Source of the DNA: Antedon mediterranea
Lineage: Eukaryota; Animalia; Echinodermata
DNA length: 64,000 bases
Assembly (NCBI RefSeq): GCF_964355755.1
Contig: NC_092676.1
Location: 15,084,871-15,148,870, forward strand
Direction: 5' to 3'
The notes below the pieces were generated by a model. That model was given only the letters and a program-made list of their open reading frames with translations, did no database searches and was not told the origin of the DNA. The position numbers and the translations under genes were made by a program. Of this stretch, positions 43,501-57,900 are shown one piece after another (the stretch's first letter is position 1; the number at the start of each line of letters is the position of its first letter).

Positions 43501-45610
43501 TAATATAACATTATTGAAAAGCACTTTTGGATCAGTGGCAACACACTCATTAGTGGTTCAGTCAACTTAAACCACATACAAATAAACATTATAAACCAAA
43601 CATGTACTGTATGTATGTAGGCATGCAAATGAAAATTAACAAATTACCAAAATAAATTAAATTTCATTGTTAATTATCCTGGAAATTACAGTTTCAATTT
43701 GACATTGTTGGTTGGCTTTTAACTATGGAATGCTATGTATTGTTTAAATCTAAGTGCATTGATAGTAAATGCTTGGACTCTGGGGAAATACGTAAATTGC
43801 AAACATTTGCATAATTGATGTAGACAATCATGGTTGCTTTAATGTCTGAACAATTCCAAAGTGCATCAGAATGCTTTCTAATCTGCCATGAAACGCCACC
43901 CACTGAAAGGCTAAAGGTACCTAAAACCAAACTAGAGAACTTTAATATACTGCTGTATTACTGAATGTATACTGTAGGTTTAATAGTACAGTACTGTAGT
44001 ATATTGATGATTTAATAACAATTAGTATCAAACAATTCAACAAATTTTTCCATTAAAAACAAATTTAAAACAAGATTTTGATGATCAAGACAAGAATCAA
44101 TTCAGTTCTTTTACCCTGTTTTTTTTTAATATGGTCTCGTGTGTCTACTTTTTTTTTGTCAGAAAAACCTGTTCCTACTGCCAAAATTTGGTCAACACAA
44201 TTTTTTTTTGGCCTAAATGGTTTTGTGGCATCAATGGTAAAAAGTTAAAAAAGACTGGTAAATAAAGTATGGTTAAGACAGTCAGGAGGTCGTTGACTTT
44301 ACAGGCTTAATAAAGTCAAACACTTTGTTCACATTAGACAATAAAAGAATAGAAGTACTGTAGGCTCACGCTTTCCACTTACTAAATTGTAAATACAAAT
44401 GATTAAAATTGGAGCAATAGCAACAAAATTATAATTTTTCATCATTGATACACTGTAGATTTCAAACAGGAAAAAACTCTTAAAATTTTCTATTTAAAAG
44501 CTTTAATATGTATGTACTGTATGATAAAAACACTGAATATTGAAGTGCACAAAATTGATACTACTGTATTTGAAACAGGTTCAGCAGAATTCACAAAAAT
44601 TAGGTACAACATAATGAACTGTGCTACTGGCATTCGTCCTGCTGGGTCTTCCGCACAACTTTTCATATTCAACAGTTTTAATTTCATGACCTACAAGTTT
44701 CTACATTCAAAATAGCTCAGAATAATTTAAGCAATCCACAACATAAATCACATTAATCCTAAAAAATAAGATTAGATTAGATGAAATATTCACTAAAACT
44801 GAATATCAAATTTATTAGAAAATTGTCGTACTGAATAGTCATGAGAGATTCAGGGTAAAAATATAAAAGGTGTACACGCAGTCTAAGGACATTGGTGTCG
44901 ATAGGGAAAATCTGTTGCAGTAGAAATAATCCCAAACTCAATTCTACTGTACATGAACTAAAGAATACTTTAAATTGTGATGTGTCATAATGATTTCCTT
45001 TACTGCTGCTTTACCAGTAGGAGTAGTAGAGTAGTGTCCTGTAGAGTAGTGTCCTGTAGAGGAGTGTCAATTCACACTTACAGTACACTTATATATAGAT
45101 AGATAGAAATCTTTCTTTATTCTGGATATTCATTCAATATTTGTACATTGTTCTTCCTTGAAGTCCAGTTAACACTTACAAATTACAAATATAAACAATA
45201 AAAATGGAAAATTATGAAAACGTTTTTAAAGACTACAATATCACAAGAAGCAAGAGAAAAAAACCAGTTAGATCAAATTTTTAAACGATTGCAAAGTTAA
45301 TGAATTTATATATGGGATATTTGTACACAAAATTAAAAATATTTTAATGTTTTTGTAGCGTACGATGTTCTTATGTTACCTTTCCTTACCAGCTACTGTA
45401 GGCCTACAAAACTAAGCCTAACTAAAGCTAGGCCTAGAAATGTCTATGAGAGAACTTTTGACGTGAGCTACTAATAAGTTAAAGTAGTGCATTTTTTTTT
45501 CTTTTTATCATAATTAACCTTAGAACGCACATTTAAGACAAGAAATGACCTGGTTTAATTTTTTTAAAGTTATATATATATATATATGCATTATTTTAAG
45601 AAAAATCTAG

Positions 45611-45764
45611 TGTCTACACCATCAAACTTTATGTGACAAAAAAAATGTGATGTGCCCATATGGACATGATAATGTCATATCCACACCATATTTGGGCATA
45701 TCACTACCATATTGGGCACATTATACTTTTTTTGTCAAACAAGTTTGATAGTGTAGACAGAGCT
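45611..45764. mobile_element. MITE family C (TGTCTACACTATCAAACT TIR), left end truncated
   Basis: TGTCTACACCATCAAACTT...AAGTTTGATAGTGTAGACAGAGCT, homologous to 58821-58976. Confidence 0.8.
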
Positions 45765-48700
45765 TAAAATCTAAACAATTACAGTATCAAAGCAAAAGAA
45801 AGTAAACAGTAAATTTTTCATCAGAATATTAATTAAACCGGTGATTCTGTCAATTAATTGTGCTTTCTTGAGAGTTAGCAGTCTGCTACCAGGGAGTTGT
45901 AAAATAATTTTACAACTCCCTGCTCCTGCTACTGTACTACAATGGATGAATTCATTTAACAATCCTCAGGAGAAAACATCCATACACCTTTTTAGTAGTG
46001 AATAATATTCTGCATCAATATGTACTACTAATAGTATACCATGAATATGCATCCATTTGATAAAACATGCATACAGTATTCAAATGTTTGCTATAAAGAA
46101 CACCAAAGAAACTTTGGACATTTGCTACTAAGCAGACAGTATCAGAAAAAGAGCCTCCTACAGTACTACCATCATATCCTACTACTTCCGTAAAAAACAC
46201 ACCTTTTACAGTGCTTGACAACAACTTGTTTCCTGTTTCCTTTATTGCCAGCTGTAATAACATCTTGAATTTGAATTCAACACAAATTGTGGTTTTCAAA
46301 TGTTTCTATATCATTCAGCTGCATAGTGCAGAATAATCTGTTTACAGTATATAAAAATAGGTTAACAAATTATAATAGATTTTAGTACAGTAAGAGTAGG
46401 AATGATTTAGGGACATAAACAATGTCTGGTTTAACATGAAATCAAGTTTCCCTGGCAGTGGGTATTAGGAACTTTTGTTGCAGAGATGAGTGTAATCGTT
46501 CCTCCGGCATGTTTGCTTTAGCAAATACAAACATGGATTTTTTTGTCCATCTATCATCATCTGCAATGTGGAGGTACTGTAGAGGGTCACGATCTAGCAC
46601 CCTTTATTACTTGTGGTATCCACACAAACAGAAAATGGTTTTGGTAGTCTATGAGCACCTTGTTTCAAGACAGTGGTATCGTTCGTGAGCCCTGACCTAA
46701 AGTGGGCGGCTATGCTCATGTATACAGTACCTCACCACTCACAAGACGCTTGGTAAGTGCGGGGGAGATCACTATCTCAACACCACATTTGAATTGTGTA
46801 GTCTATATCGTGCCTATAGCTTAGCTGGATAAATGGTTAATACAGTACAACAAGAAGGAAGGTATCTATGGTGATCTCATGAATGAAGAGTACTAAACTG
46901 ACCACAGACAAGAGGAAAGTTGGGTGTCTGAATGTCGGGACAAAGTATGACAACGGCACCTCTTTTTTTATTCTGTCATGCGCTTAAGGTCGGATCTGCA
47001 AAAGTATTATCCAAGACAGCAGAACGTAAATAAACCTGACAACAGGGAAGTTAATGGGAGTCTGCTCGCACTCTTTTTCATTGCATTGTTGCGCCATGGA
47101 TTTCCTTAATTATTTTAATTGTTACTGATTCAAATGATTGACACAAGTAAATGAAATGGCAAACTTGGTACTTGTTAATAGCTTGATTATAATCAATAAC
47201 AGTCCTGTACTGTAGCTTTAATACAGTTTAGCAAACTAATGACTAACATCATATAATGGTAGTTAACCTTCACAGATTTAATAAGAATGCCAAGATATTT
47301 AAAGAGATATAAACTAAGAATAAAATCAAGTATTCACATTGAAGGATAGCCACTTTGAAGGATAACCATTTGACCTTCAGTGTATTAAGAATAAAGAATC
47401 AGAAAAAAACAAACAATTACAGTATATGGTATTATTTGACAAGTGTTCCTATAGTATGTCTTGGCAGTTTTCTACCAGTATAAAACAATCTATATGTTTG
47501 GCGGGTATGATTTTTTGGAATCAACAATTTACTCTTTTTATGATTTTATAACACTGCAGTCAGAGCACCATTTTGGGTATCTGGTGTATCATGTCCAAGC
47601 TACTGTATGTACAGCATACAACAATTACGCTACATCATGATTACGTGCTTATAAATATAAACAATAGTCCTCCTGGCGGTGGTCAGTTAAGACGATGTTT
47701 ATACAATAAAAAAAAACAAATATTGAAAATAAAAAAATGACCGATATGATACGATACGAGGAAAGTTAATTGCAACCTCAAATTCAAATAAAACATTTAA
47801 AATTAAAGTTTAACCAAAAACTTTATGAAAATCTCTTTAAAAACATAATTAATATCAAAATACATATTATTTACAAATACGGACATCAAAAAAAGAAGAC
47901 GACAAATTAAAGACTCTTATCAGAAAAGGGCATTCGGGTACAGGAATAAACTCACCAAGAATTGAAAAGACCAAAATCAGTGATAAATCTTTTTGAACGT
48001 TTGGTTTTAACTCTAGAAAGAAGGAAAAGGTACCAATTGGTTTCCAACCCTGGCCTATCATCTTTGGAAACTGAGCAAATATTAGATGTAAAAAAAGTGG
48101 TATTTTTAAAATTGGAAGGCCTATGTAATACCTGCATATTGTAAAATCCTACTCAAAAAGCAACATTTATACAGTTAACTACTTTTTGAAACAGGAATCT
48201 AAAATATACAGAATTGATGAACTGATACAAATATGGTGTGCTTAAAGTATGCATACTTGTCGTCATTATATATACCTTATCGCCATTTTGTCGATTGTTT
48301 TGTTTTATTTGTTGACAATTTAATATTAGTTTTTATACGATAAAACTCCAGAGAAAAAACAGAGTTAAATTTTAAGGCTATCACCACACAAAGAAACTTC
48401 GAGATGAGCTGACGTTTGCACTCTTTAACAAAAATGTTACAATTGTATTCTAAAAATATTCACAGGCGAAAAACACAGAAACACCTATTTACATAATTGT
48501 TTAATACATAATTGTTAAACTTGTTTACATGGAGTTTCAGTCAAATTGGTTACACAACTCTTGTTTTGACTAACCAGGATGACTTCGCTAGAAAGAGTGT
48601 TTACCGTCTACCCTGGTGTGTTAGTATTAGTGTTTTAACTAGAGTATACCAGAGCAGCAGGTAAAATTATACACTGCTTTCAGTGTGAAGATAAAAGATA

Positions 48701-49084
48701 AAAACTAGGCCTACTAGTATGACATGCTACAACTTACATTTACAATACAAGCAATGGTTTTCATATTTATTCATGGAAGTCAAGTTATAATACTGAAAAG
48801 GCAAGTTATAAATACTGAAAAGATGTACTGTTAAATCAAATCTGGTTAATGAAATAGACTTTATTGCCTTAAAAAAGTAATCAATGGTAGCCTGACAAAC
48901 AGGTGTCTACAAAACACCGGAACAGCCTCTCCTGAATGAGGTGAGGGTAAATTTTACTCGGGAGTCGGACCACATACTATAGTCTATAAAAATACATCAT
49001 CAGAACAGTCACTACACAGACTTGACGGAGTTAAAAACCATCTCCGTGCAATATTTAACAAAATAAGATGATGAATATACTTAC

Positions 49085-49380
49085 AGATTTAAGTGGCGAT
49101 TGTCTAAAACAGATTTTGAAAATATCAAAAATAATTGATAACTTTGAGAATGACCACTCTGTCGCCGCCCCAAATAAACTACACACAACAGATACGATAC
49201 GATAGAATGGTCTGGTCTCTCCGTCGTACTTCCGGGATTGAGATCATTCATGCGTGTGGTACAGAAACCTTTGCTCAAAACAACAGAGACAGCGTTATAC
49301 TAACAGTCTACCAATTACCTTCTAATATGTTATGACGTAACAGTTAAGCCCTCGTGGCAAAACAACCACTTGATTGAGTT
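49085..49380 (-). promoter_or_regulatory. Putative 5' non-coding first exon and core promoter of the LIM gene
   Basis: Donor GTAAGTAT at 49084-49077, a CpG-richer segment, a TATA-like TATTATATATTA at about 49413-49402, and a C-rich tract further upstream. Confidence 0.5.
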
Positions 49381-49694
49381 CGGTGTACGGACTGCACTAT
49401 GTAATATATAATAGGGGAAGGGGGAGGGGGGAGGGGGAGAGGATTGAGGAAGACCACCGGTGAAGAAGAAGAAACAGGGAGGAGACGAGTCGACGATAAA
49501 TGGATAATACCTGTAGGCTGTATACATATACTTATACTGTACATACATTTTGTTCTTACATAAAAAGAAAACAAAAATTGAAAAGTCTAGAACTATAATA
49601 ATAGAAAAGATCATTTATGCTGGACGTCTGTCTGATAAAAATAAAACTTTTCGAAATAGTCAACCGGATAGGCCTATTATAAATATAATAAATT

Positions 49695-51425
49695 AAATCA
49701 TTATTTTTCTCCGTTTTATTTTCTACAGAAGTTAATAACCTTTATTAAAACTGCAAAGTGTTGTAATTAGTACCGATAGTTATAAATATTTACCTCTCAC
49801 TTGTCCACAATATTTATTTTGTGTGTGTTTGTGTTTTAATTGTGTAATTGTTATATAAAAATGTAAAATGTGGTTTACTCTATATTATTGGAGGAAATCC
49901 AGAGAGGGTCCCAATTCTGCAAAATGCCGGCCTACAAACAGGCCTATCTTAGCTATAGGCCTATATAGCTAGAAGACTCCATTAAAGTCTGGAGAATCCG
50001 GACCAAGATAGGATAGGATCCCAGTTCTGGACGATATTTGGGTCTTGTGTGATCGGTAAAATTGTAACTTTTTGAATTACGAACTGAAAACTACATAATG
50101 TTTATACTACAATAGTCAATAAATTATTACATTAGACAACCACCCATTTGGCCGTAATGGTTTGTTTGATGAGGGCCTAATACTAACTGCATTACTTAGT
50201 ATTGAATATTAATAGTAATGGTTTGATGAGGGCCTAATACTAACTGCATTACTTAATATTGAATATAATAGTAATGGTTTGATGAGGGCCTAATACTAAC
50301 TGCATTACTTAATATTGAATATAATAGTGGTTTGATGAGTGTCTAATACCAATTTGTCTGTGCTTTCACACAAACTTTATCCACAAGGATATCCATAGAT
50401 AAAATTAACATGACGCAGAGGAGCCATTTTCACCACTCCGTTAGAAACTTTTATATTCGGATTTTTCGTATTTTAAATATTATTTTTCACTTGTATTTTT
50501 ATATGATTTTTTATATTTTTAATTGTTTGTCCGAGCTTGTCAGAAAATTGAAAGTCCTTAAAATCATTATTTTTCTCCGTTTTATTTTCTACAGAAGTTA
50601 ATAACCTTTATTAAAACTGCAAAGTGTTGTAATTAGTACCGATAGTTATAAATATTTACCTCTCACTTGTCCACAATATTTATTTTGTGTGTGTTTGTGT
50701 TTTAATTGTGTAATTGTTATATAAAAATGTAAAATGTGGTTTACTTTATATTATTGGAGGAAATCCAGAGAGGGTCCCAATTCTGCAAAATGCCGGCCTA
50801 CAAACAGGCCTATCTTAGCTATAGGCCTATATAGCTAGAAGACTCCATTAAAGTCTGGAGAATCCGGACCAAGATAGGATAGGATCCCAGTTCTGGACGA
50901 TATTTGGGTCTTGTGTGATCGGTAAAATTGTAACTTTTTGAATTACGAACTGAAAACTACATAATTTTTATACTACAATAGTCAATAAATTATTACATTA
51001 GACAACCACCCATTTGGCCGTAATGGTTTGTTTGATGAGGGCCTAATACTAACTGCATTACTTAATATTGAATATTAATAGTAATGGTTTGATGAGGGCC
51101 TAACACTAACTGCATTACTTAATATTGAATATAATAGTAATGGTTTGATGAGGGCCTAATACTAACTGCATTACTTAATATTGAATATAATAGTGGTTTG
51201 ATGAGTGTCTAATACCAATTTGTCTGTGCTTTCACACAAACTTTATCCACAAGGATATCCATAGATAAAATTAACATGACGCAGAGGAGCCATTTTCACC
51301 ACTCCGTTAGAAACTTTTATATTCGGATTTTTCGTATTTTAAATATTATTTTTCACTTGTATTTTTATATGATTTTTTATATTTTTAATTGTTTGTCCGA
51401 GCTTGTCAGAAAATTGAAAGTCCTT
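49695..51425. repeat. 866-bp near-perfect tandem duplication, each unit containing a roughly 56-bp subrepeat x3
   Basis: Units 49695-50560 and 50561-51425 differ by only a handful of substitutions. Confidence 0.95.
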
Positions 51426-51539
51426 CTTGAACCAATAGGTATACCTATTCTGTAATTATGTTCTTTAGGACTTTGAAGCTCCCAAATGAGAATTCACAGG
51501 AGCTCATTGAGGTAAACTCTAATTTTTAGGTTAAAACAA

Positions 51540-52743
51540 TTTACAAATAGCCAAAAGTTAATTCATGAGAAACAAGTAGGCTTTCGAAAGGGGTATAGAA
51601 CGGCAGATAATATATTCATTAGACACCATTATCTCTAAAGAGCGGGGTAGGGGTTTTGTTTATTTATAGATCTTAAACGTGCCTTTGATTCTAAGTTGAA
51701 ATATATCGGTGTATCTGGCAAAATGTTAACCATCATAATTTACCTATACCATGGATAAATAACATTTTTCCATGCCTATACCAAAACTTATCTGCTCATG
51801 TTAAAATAACTAACTTAGTCCCTCTTTTAATTGTTCGATTGGAATACATTCGTTGTCGTCTTCACTTGAACATTGACATTAGGGCCTAGGCCTAATGATT
51901 TGTGGTAAAGTGGTGTAAACGAAAATATTCAAATTGGAGATTGTCATAATTATTAATCATCTTGTTTACGCAGATAACTTATTTTAGTGTTAGCTCTCCA
52001 AAAAAACAATTAATAAACTTGAACTTTATTGTCATACCTGGAAATATAAATACTAAAAAATCCAAAATTAATGTTTTAAAAAATGGCCGCAATTTGAACA
52101 TCGAAAAATGGAAGTAACTGAGGCTATATACTGGAAATCTTTCTACGAAGGAACCTCTGAAATGAAATTACATTTGTTATTAGACAATTTATATAATGAA
52201 AACGTTGTTCTTGGGGAAATTTTTGACTTGGCTTGTAAAAAATACCTACAAAGTGCCTGGGATACCAGGTTAGATATATATAAGAAATTACCAACATTAC
52301 CCCAATAATTAGCCTATTTGGCTTTTACATTGATAAACTAGTTTATTTGCTTATCTAACTTCAAATACATATAAACATATATATTTGTGTTTATCTCGAT
52401 TTTTGTAAAAATAATCATGATTATGTATTATTTATACTTTTGACCTATTGTATCGTTATACTGTTATCCAATTGTTTTTTAGTTTTATTTTCTATGTATA
52501 AGTTTTTTTTTTTTTTTTTTTTTTCAGTCAGACATTTTAGCTTATTTAGTTTATACATTGATAGACCAGTTAGATATACCAATAACTAATCATTAAACAA
52601 ATAAAATCTTGTACTTGCTGTTTGCTATATCTATAATTTCAAGTACATATTATAAACATATATTTGTGCTTATTTCGATTTATGTAGTAATTTTATCATG
52701 ATTATGTATTATTTATACTGTTCACCTATTGTACCTTTATTCT

Positions 52744-52781
<38 letters not shown>

Positions 52782-53330
52782 TAAGTTAATTATGTAAGTT
52801 TTATCATCATTTTCCTTTTATATGTTGTTGTTTATATTTGTATGGACGCACCACCGAAAGGTGTGTGCCACTGATTCGAAAGTGAGTACCAATAAATACT
52901 GAATACTGATACGGTATTCAATTACACATTGTTATTTCGAATTACCTTTAGTTTTAAGTGGTTCATTAAACAAAGCATGCAATACAACACAATCAACAAA
53001 AAGCAATCCAAGGTTTATTCTGTTTAAAATCATTTATTTATCGCAACTTATTTTTTGTACTAATTAATACATGGAAGCATATTTTTTTATGTGAAAATAC
53101 TTCCTATTTTAATTTATGGAAATGAAATCTGGGGAATGTTTGACAGCACAAACAATATTGAAAAAAAAACCAGAAATTTGCAGATATTTATTGCAAGTTG
53201 GGGAAATGCACCTAATGCCGCTTCTTTACTACCTCCGAGAAAGGAGATTATCACCTTTTTTGTTTGTTTGGGCCTACATATTACACTAGATTTGTGCTAT
53301 GAGTTTCAATTTAGAAAATTAATGAGTAAT
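51540..53330 (+). pseudogene. Highly decayed non-LTR retrotransposon RT relic, interrupted by another LINE-like 3' end (about 52110-52910)
   Basis: Fragments QVGFRKGYRTADNIFI, FIDLKRAFDS, HLVYADNL, NTKKSKI and ILPILIYGNEIWG appear in different frames. The insert ends in stem-loops, AATAAA and an (ACTGAAT)-like tail at about 52850-52910. Confidence 0.75.
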
Positions 53331-54768
53331 TAGAATCGTTGGACACAAGCAGGTACTTTTTTTAATCTATTATTTTTTGTATTATTAGGGCCAATGGCCC
53401 ATATACATGAACTTCCCTGAAAAGGAAAGAAGAAAAAAAAATCTATCCTCTAATAAGGAAAAAAACTCAAACCAGATTTAAGTTAAGAAAAAGTTGCTTA
53501 AGACTAATATCACTTGAAGCGGTTTCTTTAATTTAATATGGATGTGGCTGATCCTATACAAACCAACACATAAGGATCTATTATGCCATAATATTTCTGG
53601 TTTTTAAAAATGTATTTTGTAGAGGGCTTTAATGACCAGGCGGAGGACAATGGTGTCTAAGCGAAGTTGAGTTGAAACTCTAGTAGGAGGCCTGCAGGGA
53701 AGTCAAAAAAAGTCTTTCCCGGATAGAAAGCTACATGATTAATTTATTGGCAAATGCCTTGTTGGTTCTTGTTGTCGATTTCTAACTTGCGGCTTGAGCT
53801 GCACAGCAGCCTTATGATTTTGAAACCATTCACGAGTGATTTTCAGCAGAGAACCGAAAGTTCCCTCTCAGCCCCATGGTTTGAGCTGGATTCCCGCCAC
53901 CCGATATCGAGTTCCAAGTCCTCCGCCAATAGTATTTTGCAGATCATATTCTTCGTAAATAAAAGTGTCCACCAGGCAAGATAGGCACAGGATGCCCTAC
54001 TTTTAAATATTCCTCTCAAACGAAGTGTGCCATATCGTAGAATTTGCCAATCATGGGGATCCTCATGAGCACCCATCGTCAGGCTCTCTTGTAATTTTTG
54101 CACAAAAGAATGTTTTGTCCGTTCATGAGAATAACGGCTCACTTAAAGATGTATTGTCCCCCTGAAAAAATAATTCTTAAAAAAAAGTTGTTGAATATTC
54201 CATTTTAATGTAACATAATAGTTATCCACTTTGACCAAAAATTGGATCGAAATAAAATGTATTTACTTGAAAAAAAATGTAATTTAAAGCAAAAAATGGT
54301 CAAATTGGCTGACAGTCAATGAATTTTTGGTTACGTTTTTTTATAACCATTTTTTTATTTTGTCATTTTACAATTGAAAACATAATTTTTTTCTCGAAAT
54401 GTATTTCCTTTTTTCTATTGTTGGAATGAATGTTTTACTAAAAATGTACTGTAGGCCTATATAATAAATACAGCGACCTATAGTAGTCTGTCTGGGAGTT
54501 GCAGCAATAAATTAATAAAATGTGTCTCCTAACCTATAATAATGATTTTTTTTATGTTGAATTGTGTACGATTTTTTATGCTACGTTGATATATTCCCAC
54601 CTAAAACTTTAGCATTTTGGGAATTTATAGGAAATAATTTACAGGGCACAAACTTGATTAAAAAAAGTATATCGTATCGCCAGTTTATTTTTTAGCATGC
54701 AGGATACTTTTTTTTATATCACGCCCTCTTTATAATAATAATAACGCGCGTGGGGATTCGGGAATCAA

Positions 54769-54777
54769 AAGATGGCG
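54769..54777 (+). promoter_or_regulatory. YY1-type motif AAGATGGCG near the presumed CABIN1 transcription start
   Basis: Consensus match inside a CpG-containing patch about 150 bp upstream of the ATG|GT exon end. Confidence 0.45.
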
Positions 54778-54924
54778 AACTCATAATAACAAATTCAACG
54801 AAACCAACACACGTCGTACGAAGGGAAACATCCATCTAGGAAGCCTAACTAGGCCTAGGCAGGCCTATATGATATGAATCTGAGAAAGATTTTTCTGTGA
54901 AGAAGTATATTTTTCTTGGTTAGA

Positions 54925-57900
54925 ATGGTAAAGCTTCAAATGTTTTTTTTTTATCATAATATATGATTGAAACAATAATGTTTGCCGCTACTACTCTAGC
55001 CTCCTAGCTAGCTAGCCAGGCCTACCTAGTAGGCCTAGCTAGGCCTAGGCCTACTAGGGCCTAGCCTAGTACGTAGTCAAGTCGCCCCATCGAAAAGTCG
55101 CCCCAACAGTCAACACAAACAAAGTCGCCCCATTGCAAAGAAAGTTGCCCCTAAACATTAAAATAGTTTACAAGTGCGTAAAATCAAAATTACGTAATTG
55201 ATATTCTTGCGCAGTTTGAACACAAAATATTACAAGGAACGTATAGGCTAGGTAATAAAAAGAGGAAGCCTCGCCGTGTAGTACCGTACACCACTCTAAA
55301 TTAGGTACGAACGAGTCCAAAAATTCAAGTCAATATTTTAAAATAAAATTGAGGTAAAAAATCAGAAAAAACACATTTTCAAAAATGTAAATTTTATTAA
55401 AATTGACCAACTACTTGATTTTATATTAATTTTTAGTCTTTATTTGAATCGGAATTTTGGTATAGGGATTGCTAATAACATTTTGACCTTTTTATAATCG
55501 ATTTTTAATATTTTGTATAAAACATGTAAATCTTTTTACTTCATAGATTTGATTTTTTTTTTTACAGAATGAAGCTTGCAAAATTTACATCATTCTAAAA
55601 TCCCCTCCCTACCCCCAATATTTATTTACATTCCCAACCCCCATCATAAGGAAAGAAAAGTTGGGTATGGGGTTTTATATTAATGTTTCATTTGAATCAC
55701 ATTCAGTATAAATGTAAAGGATGTGTCCATTCTTCAAATCTACGACGTCATCAGGAAGTTCTGATTCCTGGTTTTATTTCTTTCTTTTCTTTTTTTGGGC
55801 CCATATTCAAACTACAGAAAATAGTTTTTAAATAAAAAACTTTAAATGTACTATAAAATGGTAGTGAAAAGGAAACAGTAAATATAAATATGTACTTAAA
55901 AAATACTACTGTACCACCACTGATAAAATGTAAATCTATCATTGAAATAAAATAGAATATTTTTACTCATCAATTTCAGTTGTCAAACAATTAAAGTTTG
56001 TAAAAATACCTGAAAACAAAATAAATCTATTAGAAATTCCTTGATCATATGACCTGCAAATTCATGAATGTGCCAATCAGCAGCCAATTAAATGATGTCA
56101 TGCGATATTCATTCTAAACTGTTTAAGCGTCGGATTTTCAGATATTAGAAATCCACTTAAATCGCCTATAATATGTTTATAATTTGTAATTAAAATTAAA
56201 CAAAATTATTTAATAATATTTAAGTAATCTTATGTTTTGAATATTCTGACAGTGACACATATCGTTTATTTAATAATATTTAAGTAATCTTATGTTTTGA
56301 ATATTCTGACAGTGACACATATCGTTAATTTACACTAAAAATATATTTATGTTTATGACCCCTAGTGGCTGTATACTCAGAATTATGAAAAAGTAAATCA
56401 CTATCAATAGCCTTGTTAGAAAGAATATTGTATGTTTCAATCATGTCCCCTCTATGCCACCTTTCTTCTAGGTTGTTAAATTAAAAATGTTTAACCTTTC
56501 TAATAGAACATGCCATGCAAACTAGGTGAATATCTTTCCATATCTGAGGAGACCATGCCGGACTGCAAATGCAAGATGAGGCCTGATCAATTTAATCATA
56601 TCAACAACTGATTTATATTTAATTGATCTTTTGATAGTACCTAAAACTCGACTCGATTACTGGAGAATGGGGCTCCTGTAGCAGACCTACCACATAGCTT
56701 ACTTTAAAATACATTTAGTAGTTGTTTTATTTTACCATTGCGCTAACAATGACTAAAGTAGAATCTCTTCACTTATCATGTTCAACCAATTGCTAGACAT
56801 TAAATGTTTGTACCATAATATGTTTTTTCACTAACAATATTTTAAAATCAATGAGTACAATAGGAAAATACAAGGCTAGTCTGTTATGTTAAGATACTTT
56901 CTCAGAAAATTCAACCATTATGTAGAAGTACATTTTGTACACTAATATTTCTAGCTAAAAAGTATAGATTATAAATACTGAAATTCCAGTTTTCTTTAAA
57001 GATATTTATTATGAATTATGAAATTGTTCATCCATCGTGTAATTGAAAAGTTGCTCGCTGTTGGATGCTTATGAAATAAATTTTCACAATGTATTTTTGT
57101 TTAGATTCACATAGCTGCCTTAAATGATGATTCAGGTAATGAATCTGAGTCTGAGCCAGTGATAGAGACAGCTACCAAAGAAGCACAGGTATGTGTACCG
57201 TATATTTCGGTGTATAAGTCGCACTTTTGACACACAAATTTGACCTCTAAATTAAGGGTGCGTCTTATACACCGAACATAAATGCCTCACCACACAGAGT
57301 GTACATATTGTCACCTCGTTGGCTAGGCCTGACTGAGTAGGCTAGGCCTAGCTACAGTGTACTAACGTAACGGCAACCTGCTTCTTCCTAGTTTTCAAGC
57401 CATTTTAGCGTGATGTTATACTAAATATGATGAAAAGATTTGTTTATTATGGAGCTGTTTTAGGCGCTCCGATAAAACTTCATTTGTAAACGTTTACTAT
57501 TGGAATAGTATTTATTTATAGTTATATGCACGATCGCCGACCGCCGTACCCCCAGCGCAAGCCCCCCTTCGCGGCCACATGTTGTACGGTATTCGAATAG
57601 TATATTTTCCAGGTGATTATAGCATGGACCTTGCGTACACACTTCTCGGATACATAGATACTAATCGAATACGATTGTCCGTGAAAACGTGCGCCCTCTC
57701 GAAATGATCGAGCGAGGCTAGCCCACACACGTGCGTGTTACACACACGGTCATGCACTCGATGTTGCGGGTGCGAAACTCATGAATAACAAGTTAGAAAC
57801 AACTTGTTGAGGCTGGGCGCGGCCGAGCCTAGGTAAGAAAAAACCTAAATAAAGGACGCCGTTGTAGATATAACAAAATATATTATTACAATAATATTGA

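Noticed and set aside
56205-56326. 60-bp exact tandem duplication in CABIN1 intron 1
   Set aside because: A simple local duplication with no evident function.
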